A DNA stretch of 64,000 bases from Eledone cirrhosa (lineage: Eukaryota): positions 78,244,001-78,308,000 of the forward strand of contig OZ024745.1 of the NCBI GenBank assembly GCA_964016885.1. The letters run 5' to 3'. The translations under genes and the position numbers were made by a program. The number at the start of each line of letters is the position of its first letter. The stretch's first letter is position 1. The notes under the pieces are model-generated. The model saw only the letters and a list, made by a program, of their open reading frames with translations, did no database searches and had not been told where the DNA came from. Below are positions 34,401-46,000 of the stretch, piece by piece.

Positions 34401-37400
34401 ATTAATTATAAATAACTTGAAATTATAATCAGTTAAAATTAATTATAGAGATCTTATATTATACACAAGATTTTATTAACATTCTTTCAAGAATTTAAGA
34501 ATAAATTTTTTTACTAAGAGAATGAAATACAAAATAATTTAGCTCTTGTACAAGAGACATCTTTGATTGAATTAGCAATTGTTTCAGCATATTCTGGTTT
34601 TTATATTTTGTCACTTTTCTTTTCTTTTGATCTTTATATTTAGGGTTCCATGGGATACAAAGGACTAGCTGGTCATCCAGGTATTGATGGTCCTGCTGGA
34701 CCAAAAGGAGAACCTGGATATAAAGGAATACCTGGACCGAAAGGAGAAATGGTATGTAGATATTAAAATTGATTGTACTGATAATTAAAGCTGAACGTGT
34801 TTCTAGTTATCTTAAAGAAGTTAGGGTGCTAACTTGGTAGAAAAAGTAGAGGGTCAACAATATGGCTTTCACCCATCCTTTTGCATTCAGAATTCCCATT
34901 CTGTCAAATCTAATCAGGAATATTTTGGGCAGGTTCAAATGATATCATCTTATCCCATACAAAGGTTAGCTTTTTACCTAATTAAATCAAACTATTATTG
35001 TCCTAGAAGAAATGTTAGAAAATTAATAGAAACGCACCTGTTGGATCCCCCCCACCCCCACCTCGCACCGCCATCTCATTTTCGGAAAAAAGCTGATTGT
35101 GAGCATATCAAAGGTCAGATTAGTTGAAAACATGATAAACCCGAGAAAATAATGTCTTTGCAATCCCAAGTGGGTGCTTTACTATATATTTACCAAAATG
35201 TTTCTCTATTTCTTACATTGATGATCTTTTTCTTTTGTCAGGGAATTCCTGGATTACTTGGAAGTCGAGGAACACCGGGAAGAAGGGGTGTGATGGGAGA
35301 AAAAGGAGACCATGGACAAAAAGGGGAGAGAGTATGTATAATTAGGAATTGATTAAACTAAATGTTTACAAGGCATGTACATTCCTGAACTATTTTTTAT
35401 TAGAAAATCCTCTCACAACTCACATCTACAGCAGAGTGGAGTGTGGATATCTTTTTATTACTCAACATTCACAATGCAAATCTGATCTTTCTCAAAACAC
35501 TTTCTATAATCTTTACAAATTGGAATATATATTCCAAACTGAAATTATAGAGTAGCATGTCACACAAATAAGATTGCCTGGCTATTGATGTGACAGTGTC
35601 TATGTACTGAAGTTTATCCCAGAATGATATATAGAACATCAATATAAAAATGGGCAGATTTAAACACCAAAATATATAACTACACCTAGAACTACCTCCA
35701 GTTATTTTAACTTTATTCATTGATTGCTTTAGACAGGTAGAAGCTAACAAAATACAGAGGTCTGTCTTATTTACTCTAACAACTACATGAACTTGGAATG
35801 ACATATCTTATAGAATATGACTCTCACTCTCTAAGAGTCTAGATAACCATTAATGTCTTCAATGAATAAACTATAATTTGCTCGAATTATTTTTGCAGAT
35901 CAACTTTATACTACATTTCTTAAACTGTTGTGATATAAAAAATAAAACTAATAATAAATATTTAACTATTTAATCTCTGTAAATTATATGTCTTTTTATA
36001 GGGATATGGTGAAGTTGGCCCTCCTGGACCACCTGGCCCTGCTGGTGAGAGGAGCATTACTGGTGGTAGTGTAGTAGTAAAGGGACAAAAGGTAACTTTT
36101 AAAACTAATTTTACAACACCCTAATAAATTTGTACAAGGTGGTAAAGAAAATTAATCAGCACTGCCAAATATCTCCTACAACATCACCAGAGAATTTATG
36201 TACATTTAAAAAACACCACACCTGCTTGATTAATAACTATAATAGTGGATATAATAATGTAAATCCTATGACAAAATTATTTCATTGGCTGATATACATA
36301 TTCAATTTTTAATTTCATTCCCTTATTAATTTTTAGTTATTGCAATTGTTTTATGCATGGAAACATTTGGAATTGGCATTATAAGCTAATCAAAGATCAA
36401 TGATACAACTGATAATTGTATTCATACATGGTACCTAATATACTTAATAACTTTTGTATGATCGAAGCCTGTGGCATGTGTAAAAAGTCATTATTTTCTC
36501 ATTTTTTTATCCATCTACTTATAAATGTAATTCAGTCATATTATTCTGTCTACGCACTTTATCCTTTGGAGGAACCCCATTTCGGCTGCTTGTATTCGCG
36601 ATCATATTCTTTCGGTCATTACGCAAGATTTATGGTAAGGGTTGAAAATGAATACCAAATTGAAGATAACAAGTTTGGCTTTTATAACTACCCCCTTTCT
36701 TCTGATTACTGAATGCTCAAGCTGGCACATTACTGCACCAGCTCCTGCAATTCTTGCACTTAATTCAGCCTCCTGCCTCCATCACTAATATACTTGAACT
36801 TCTCTACCTGCTTTGGTGGAACTCCATTTACATGTAGGGTGCAATATGCAGGGCTCCTTGAGAGAACAAGTGTCTCAGTTTTCACAGCACTGATTTTCAT
36901 ACCAAACATGCAGCACTCAGCATCAAGCCTATTGAGTACAAGTCAGAGATTACCTTCTGTTGAGTTAAGTAATACCATGTCATCTGCAAATTCCAGCTGA
37001 CTGATTTTACACCTGCCAGTCATGATACCACTTCAACCCAGCTGTGCATGCCAATCCTGTTCATGTAAATAATGAACAGGAGAGGTGGCAGTACAAACCC
37101 TTGGCAGAGTCTGACTCCCACATTGAATGATTTTTATTTAGCACCATTTATCCCAACACAAATACTTGGGCATTCATATAGAGAAATCAGGACAGCAAGT
37201 ATCTGACCATCAATTCCATACTCCTGCAGAAACTTCTAAGAGAAGTGCCTCGCTAAAATTAAGCCCCTCTACTCGGCACTTAATGACACGGAAAAAGCAT
37301 TTGACGGCATCCCCTATTCCATAATCTCGTGGGATCTTAGAAAACTAGGGGTTGCTGAGGGGATTGGAAACAAATGAAGCTTGCATGTTCAGATGAATGT

Positions 37401-38296
37401 GAAATAGTAGTGTGCATGAGCAACAAAGCATCAATGAACTGTAAGAGAAATTATTCATAAGAGGGGTAAGATGCAATGTGCAAGAGAAAAGATTGCAGTG
37501 GTATTGACATGTGATTCATATGGAGGATGTATGCTGTATAAAAAGATACAGGGAACTCAAAATCGATGGAAACTATGAAAGCTTGAGATGAAGTAATAAA
37601 AGCTGACCTTGCACAATTAAACCTAACAATCAGATGACACAAAATCAAGACCTCTTGCATTAATCAGTACTGCAGAAGTCATGCCCTCTCATGTGCACAG
37701 GATGAAATAAATATATAGAAGACACTCATCTGCACCAATCTTCTGCTCTATACCCCTCCCAAAACTTAATATCTTCCGTTTCCCCCCCCCCTAGACCAGC
37801 TCAATAACCCATGCACCTCATCCATGTTAAAGCTGCATACATGCTCCCCCCACCCTCACTCCTCAGCCCTGATATACCTCTCTTACCAAACCTCTACTGC
37901 CAAACCACACAAAAAAACACACACACACACAAAGTCTACCCCTTATGGTGATCTGGTGTTATAATAACAAAGCACCCAGTCTATCATGTCTGTAAGACGG
38001 TCATCCTGATAACACAAAAAAAAGCTCTTAATCCACCTTGTAAGGTGGTTATGCTGGTGACATGATGAAAAAGCACCCAGTCCACCCTGCTAGATGGTTG
38101 TTTTGGTGCCGCAATAAACGATAGCAACTCCATATTGTAACATAATTGGTGTTAGGAAGGGCATCCAGCTGGAGAAACCAAGGCAAAATACAGACTTGTA
38201 TGAGCAAGATATGGTCACCTGACCTGATTGTCTCATAACATATCATAACACATCTAACCCAGGCAAGCAGGGAGAATTAAACAGTGATGACGATGA

Positions 38297-38339
<43 letters not shown>

Positions 38340-40038
38340 TGGAATAAATGCTCTGAAATAGCGATATATATGTGAATATAGACACAGAATATTCGAAAAT
38401 ATTCTGTATGTTTATAATAAACATTTTGAAGACCTAATCGCTATAGAATAGAATACGTCACGTATTACAATTAGATTCTCGATAAAAGCAAGGGAAGTAA
38501 GTCTACGCGTTTCATTCTTGTTAGAATTCATCAGGACTACATATCCAGTGCTTTCATCGAGAATGACACAGCTAGAGACTTATAGAATACTTAGCTGTGT
38601 ACAGGAACTGGTTTGAAAGAGCGGTTGCCGGTCCGGCAGAAATTAGAAATTGGAATAAATGCTCTGAAATAGCGATATATATGTGAATATAGACACAGAA
38701 TATTCGAAAATATTCTGTATGTTTATAATAAACATTTTGAAGACCTAATCGCTATAGAATAGAATACGTCACGTATTACAATTAGATTCTCGATAAAAGC
38801 AAGGGAAGTAAGTCTACGCGTTTCATTCTTGTTAGAATTCATCAGGACTACATATCCAGTGCTTTCATCGAGAATGACACAGCTAGAGACTTATAGAATA
38901 CTTAGCTGTGTACAGGAACTGGTTTGAAAGAGCGGTTGCCGGTCCGGCAGAAATTAGAAATTGGAATAAATGCTCTGAAATAGCGATATATATGTGAATA
39001 TAGACACAGAATATTCGAAAATATTCTGTATGTTTATAATAAACATTTTGAAGACCTAATCGCTATAGAATAGAATACGTCACGTATTACAATTAGATTC
39101 TCGAATTCACATATATATCGCTATTTCAGAGCATTTATTCCAATTTCTAATTTCTGCCGGACCGGCAACCGCTCTTTCAAACCAGTTCCTGTACACAGCT
39201 AAGTATTCTATAAGTCTCTAGCTGTGTCATTCTCGATGAAAGCACTGGATATGTAGTCCTGATGAATTCTAACAAGAATGAAACGCGTAGACTTACTTCC
39301 CTTGCTTTTATCGAGAATCTAATTGTAATACGTGACGTATTCTATTCTATAGCGATTAGGTCTTCAAAATGTTTATTATAAACATACAGAATATTTTCGA
39401 ATATTCTGTGTCTATATTCACATATATATCGCTATTTCAGAGCATTTATTCCAATTTCTAATTTCTGCCGGACCGGCAACCGCTCTTTCAAACCAGTTCC
39501 TGTACACAGCTAAGTATTCTATAAGTCTCTAGCTGTGTCATTCTCGATGAAAGCACTGGATATGTAGTCCTGATGAATTCTAACAAGAATGAAACGCGTA
39601 GACTTACTTCCCTTGCTTTTATCGAGAATCTAATTGTAATACGTGACGTATTCTATTCTATAGCGATTAGGTCTTCAAAATGTTTATTATAAACATACAG
39701 AATATTTTCGAATATTCTGTGTCTATATTCACATATATATCGCTATTTCAGAGCATTTATTCCAATTTCTAATTTCTGCCGGACCGGCAACCGCTCTTTC
39801 AAACCAGTTCCTGTACACAGCTAAGTATTCTATAAGTCTCTAGCTGTGTCATTCTCGATGAAAGCACTGGATATGTAGTCCTGATGAATTCTAACAAGAA
39901 TGAAACGCGTAGACTTACTTCCCTTGCTTTTATCGAGAATCTAATTGTAATACGTGACGTATTCTATTCTATAGCGATTAGGTCTTCAAAATGTTTATTA
40001 TAAACATACAGAATATTTTCGAATATTCTGTGTCTATA

Positions 40039-40081
<43 letters not shown>

Positions 40082-43000
40082 TATATTATATTTTGAGATT
40101 AAACTCTCAGTCGTTTACAATTAATCAGCTCCAAGAAAGAGGCATTTCCGAGCAGTTAAATACATTAATATATATGATAAACACAAAACGTGTTTGCATT
40201 GTAACAGACAAAGTTAGCTATCAATGAAATAAACTAATTAAAGTGAATACAATTTGTCTGTCTCGATATAAGTCAATAAAGACAAGCTTATATTGGCAAA
40301 AGCTGTGATTCCTGGACAAATCTAAATTTCAAAATCCAAACCCGCTCCGTAGATGAATTTGAACTTCGAAACCTAAATATGTTTCGCAACGATGGTACAT
40401 GAATTGAAAAATAAAGAGAATCGATTCTCTTTATTTTTCATTTCATGTACCATCGTTGCGAAACATATTTAGGTTTCGAAGTTCAAATTCATCTACGGAG
40501 CGGGTTTGGATTTTGAAATTTAGATTTGTCCAGGAATCACAGCTTTTGCCAATATAAGCTTGTCTTTATTGACTTATATCGAGACAGACAAATTGTATTC
40601 ACTTTAATTAGTTTATTTCATTGATAGCTAACTTTGTCTGTTACAATGCAAACACGTTTTGTGTTTATCATATATATTAATGTATTAATGTATTTATATA
40701 TATATATACACTTCCTCCTTACTCTTATTTTCTCAGGTCTATTACTTCTTTCTATGATAATACAATCTGTTATTCTTTATAAAATAAAAATATGCAAAAA
40801 TGTTTCACAATGCTTAACTTTGTATTGATATCTCACCACAACTCTCTCATATATTATTTTCCATTAAAGGGAGAAAGTGGAACATCTAGCTCTACTGGTC
40901 CAATGGGTCCCCAGGGATTAACTGGACGACCTGGACCTCCTGGACCCCCTGGTGTTCCTGGATTATCCTTCTCAGATGGAAAGGTATAGTATTATGACAT
41001 ATACATATTTATTTGTTTGTTGTTTCATCGTAATTATTCCTCTCTGAAATGCAAATATATTGTTTATATTGACAGGGATTGAAAGGAGAACCAGGTGGTT
41101 GTCGTAGCTGTGTTGGTCTGAAAGGAGAGCTGGGCCCTGTTGGACCAGAAGGAAGCATGGGATATACAGGAAAGAAAGGTGTCAAAGGAAACATGGGTAT
41201 GCCTGGATTTACAGTAAGTACACAGCTTTAAATTTGATATGACAAAATATTCAAATAAACCTTTTATCTTTTAATAGTTATTTTGTATTAATATATTGAT
41301 TTTTAATATAAGCACAAGGCCAGAAAATTTGAAGAAAGGGTAATATTGATTAAATGAACCCCAGAACTTGACTACTTCTTTATTTTATTGACCCCAGAAG
41401 GATGAAGGTCAAAATTGACATCGGCAGGATTTTAATTCAAAATGTAAAGGGCCAGAATAAATAGCCCAAGCATATTAGCTGATACTTTTCTCGTTGCTTA
41501 TTAAGATATCCACCTTGTGGTGGATGCATGCTTGTTAGGTGTTTTTAATAGAATGCACTGTTGAGTACCAGCCTCACTGCTCTGAATATGAACCAGATCA
41601 GTAATGACTATAGTTTTCCTCCTTCCATAGTCAATCAAATAAGTACTAATAGATCATACTAGACCGAGCAAACCATTTTCAACAATTAGCCTGTACTCAA
41701 GTAAGACATCATTAATCAAAAGTAGAAACAATTATTATTATTGCTTGAATTAAATTAAAATATCTAAATCAATTTAGCCCTTCAGCTTTTCATGTTTTAC
41801 AAAGCATCAGAAATATCACTGGGTTAATTAATGTTATGGTAAACAAGCTTACTCATTCTGATGTTCAGCCTTTTACAGCACTATAGGTCAGTTGGAATTC
41901 ATTTTACTGATCTAAAATATAGATGTTTATATACATTGTTGTTGGGTGGAGGCATGACTGTTTAGTTAAGATGTTTGCTTCACAGCCATACGGTTCTCAG
42001 TTTGATCCTACTGCATGGCATATTGGATAAGCATCTTCTACCATAGCCTTGGGTTGAGCAATGCTTTGTATATATGGAACTTGGTAGACGGAAATTATAC
42101 AAAAGTTTATCATATGTGTATGTATTAAAACTTAAGGTTAGGTAAATATGTAAACATTGGCAAAAAAAAAAAAATTAAAAGTCCATTGTAGTATGTCTTC
42201 CAACCAAGTTGAATAAATGCTTCTTTGCTACTTTTACAATTGTATATACAGTGAATAATGGGATTTACCCATTGGAAATATTTAACCAACTATGTTTTTG
42301 TTGACAAATTGTTATATAAAATAAAAAAATATATATTTTAATAAAATGAAAGGAAAATGAAATTAGAGCTTTAAACCATAGATTGCTTTAGTAACCACCA
42401 TTTTATTAACAGAAGTCTGAGCTGAATGATTGGACTACTGACCAAAGAACTGGCAGTTCATATTCTACCACATACTCTAAACTATATCTATTACCAAAGC
42501 ATTTGATTTCTATTGACTCAATTTACTGAGCTGTAGGTACACTCAGCTACAATTTAGAGTATTTTAAAGTATTATGTAATTAAAAAGAGTTTTGAAAGTC
42601 TACTATTTTGAATTGAAGTCATGAGGGTAGTTCTCATCTCACAGTTTCAATCAGTTGCAATACTCCCACTACAAAGTGGGCTTAATGTAAATAAAGCTTG
42701 GTACCTCATTTATATTGGATCATCAAAACACAGTCATACATAAACAGCTGATAATTTAGCATATAAGTATTTTCTTAAATATTATTTCATTAAATGTTTT
42801 AACCATAATATAACTCAACATTCAAAAGAAATATGGCAAAAACCTGTATCATGTTACAGATACACAGAATCAGACCTATCTACCAAAAGCAACAATAATA
42901 GACAGGCACACCAGTTGAATAGTTACTGTTAAAAAAACTAACTGTATTATAGAAAGCTTGTCCCCTACCATTTAAAATTCCTAAGCTACAAATAAGCATG

Positions 43001-46000
43001 GTGGCTTGGCAGAATTATTAGCACATCAACAAATACCTACAGTATTTTATTTCGCATTCTTTGCCTTCTGAGTTCAGATTCTATAGAGATCAACTTTACC
43101 AATATCATAAGGATGAAAGGAAAACAAAAAGGTGCCAGTCAAGTACTGGGGTCTATTCCTCTATCCTTCCCTCTTTCTTTCTTTCTCTCTCTCAGAATTG
43201 TTTACACTACACTCTGAAATGGATAGGAGGAGGGGCTTCACACAGTATCTTTTTTCCTTTGAGACAACTATGTCACAGAGAAAAATGTGGTAAAAAAGAC
43301 AACTCTAATTAAAAAAAGAATTAAAATTACATCTACAAAATAATATGATGATAAAAATCTCTTTTGTTCTAGGGTCGACAAGGACTTCGTGGACGTAAGG
43401 GAGAACCTGGATATGGTCTTAAAGGTAGAAGAGGAGATAGAGGAGTACCTGGTCCACCTGGAACACCAGCTATAGGTGGATCTTTGAAACCTGGTGATAT
43501 AAGTGGATTCCAAACTAAAGGAGATAAGGTAAGAACTATTCTTTAGATATTTTTGGGCAGATATTGTAATCCATTTTTACTGAAGCCACAGTAAACTTGC
43601 TCAACTTCATCAATATAATAATTACATATTTCTAAGTAAAATCACTGCCATATTTAAAATGAAAACCACATATTCTAAAATACAGGATAATGTCCTTTAT
43701 AATGAAGAAGCCTTCGTTCCCACCAGATTTCTTGGATAGCATTGTTTGTACATCAAATTGCTGATTTTGAATCCCCAACATTTGATTATGTCTATTGAAG
43801 TTTCTCCTTTTTTAAATGCAGCTTATTCTATTTCAATCTATTTTCTCATTACTCCATAATCCTACACTATCTTAGTAATGTAACATCAACAAGTGTTTTA
43901 TGGCGATCTTCTCTGCTAAAGCAAGGCTTAGCCTTACAGGCCTCATGGCGAGCTTCTCCATTTTTCACTATCATCTGCATCTCTCTTATCAACCATCCAG
44001 TTTTCATTTCTTACTTCATCATTTTTAGCCATCTCTTCTTGGTTTTCCCCTTCCTCTACTTTTTCCACATTCATTTTCATCACTCCTCCCACCCAGACAC
44101 TCTCATTCTTCCTCAACACATGACCTAACTATCTCATCCTACTTCTCTTCACAATATTCATCATTGGTTCTATTCCAATCAACCTTTGCAACACATTTTT
44201 AGCTTCCTCCCTTTCTCAGCTATATTCCACTCATTCACCCACTGGACCATTCTCATTTCTGTTCTTTCCAGCCTTCTCTGTTGCTCTACATTCAGCAGCT
44301 ATGCCTTACACCCATTTCAGTAATGAACCAAATAGTTAATAATATACATTGTATTTTACAGGGTGAACGTGGTTATACAGGCCGTTCTGGACCTCCAGGT
44401 CCACCTGGTCCAGCTTCTTCCCCATCAGTAGGATATATACCAAACCCAGGTTCTGGAGATCTAGATAGAGGTACATATTTGATATTTGTTTTGTTTTAAA
44501 TGCATTGCTTTCTTTATAGGTTTACTATTACCATTATAATCTTCACCGATGAAGGAGTATGGGTTAGTGATTCAGTTCACAATTGTAAAGCCATGAATTC
44601 AAATATAGGGGTGTTGATTGAATTATCTTTCATCTACACCCCATACATAGTAGTCCAATGAATTCATGTCAGGAGAGCTAAAAGGCCATATATTTGGGAT
44701 GATGTGATCATGGAGATTGTGATTCATACATTCTATGGTTGTCTTGGTCTTATGAGATGGTACAGAGTTTTCCTTTGCTAACATTTTCTATCTCAGGCCT
44801 CACAACCCTCTCCAACATTTCCTTACAATCAGCAGCATTAACACTCAAACCCCAAGGAATGAAGTGAGGAGGCGTGATGTCTCCCTCATTGCTTATGACT
44901 CCCAGAACCATCACAATTGCTGGAAACTTTGTGTGTATGTCCGTTGAAATGTATACAGAGTCTCTGCATACCTAACTGTCATTTCATCAGAAGAAACAAC
45001 CAAGCAACTTTCAGTAAACAATCTCTAAATCACTATGCTCTGCCTTTAAGGCAATGATTACAGTGTTCCTTTTCATTTGCTAAGTTAGCTTGATGTCTGT
45101 CATCATTTATCTGAAAAGAAATGATAATCAGAATGTCTGTTCAAAGAACTGAAGAGCCGTGAAATAGTAAGTGTTAGACTAACTGGCATTCAGTATTTAG
45201 TTCTGTCTTCTGCCTAAGTTCCAGTTTCCAATTACTACTGCAAACAGTTCGTTACTTCAACCATCTTTACCTATCTGTTATATAATGAAAACTTTGTGTC
45301 AGATAGAAAACACTCTTACTACAACAAAAACAACAACATTGAAGTTGAACTGAAAATTATTAACAACAATAAGATACCATGCAGCAACAACACCAAAGGT
45401 GTAAAAAAGCAGCGACAAGAGGTAAAAGAAGTAGAGGAGCAGCTTTAGCAGCATACCCACTGTAACCAACATCTCTGCCACCATTAATAGTGCAGCAAGT
45501 GTAGCTGTTGTGCCAGCTGTAGGTGATGGAAAAGGCAATTGTTGCCCCAATGAAGTTAACACAAACAAACACCTATCATTCACAAACATCACCATATTAT
45601 ATTATCATGGATCATCATAAACACTTAAACAAGAAAACTTTCAGCTGAGAACACATTACATGTCTAATGGCACTGCTGGAAGAGGAATTGGGGTGGAAGT
45701 AGAAGCATCTAAAAGTCTAGGGATACATCAATTTTAAAACTAGATGTATAGAAAACCCAGCATCAGCACACCCTGAAATATGCCTGAAAGGTGTATGGGT
45801 TGGGGACTATATTCACATAATTAGACTAGAAATTTGGAACAGCTTTGCAATTATGCACCAGTGAAGAAGAGACTTGAAAGCTATCAATGCACCACTAACA
45901 AATACCTACTACTACCACCCAAGGCAAATATCTACTACAAAAGAAAGGTCATAGAACAGCATGAGGAAGGTATCAAAACTGAACCAACCACCCTGCAAAA

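Larger units (their letters stand above)
38335..40042. repeat. Inverted tandem array of 311-bp hammerhead-containing units (retrozyme / PLE terminal-repeat-like)
   Basis: Forward units start at 38335, 38646 and 38957 (partial, to 39104); inverted block 39105-40042 with unit boundaries at 39147, 39458 and 39769; flanked by (TA)n; no substantial ORF. Confidence 0.95.

Noticed and set aside
43430-43438. RGD motif
   Set aside because: It lies within Gly-X-Y sequence, where RGD arises often and is usually cryptic.
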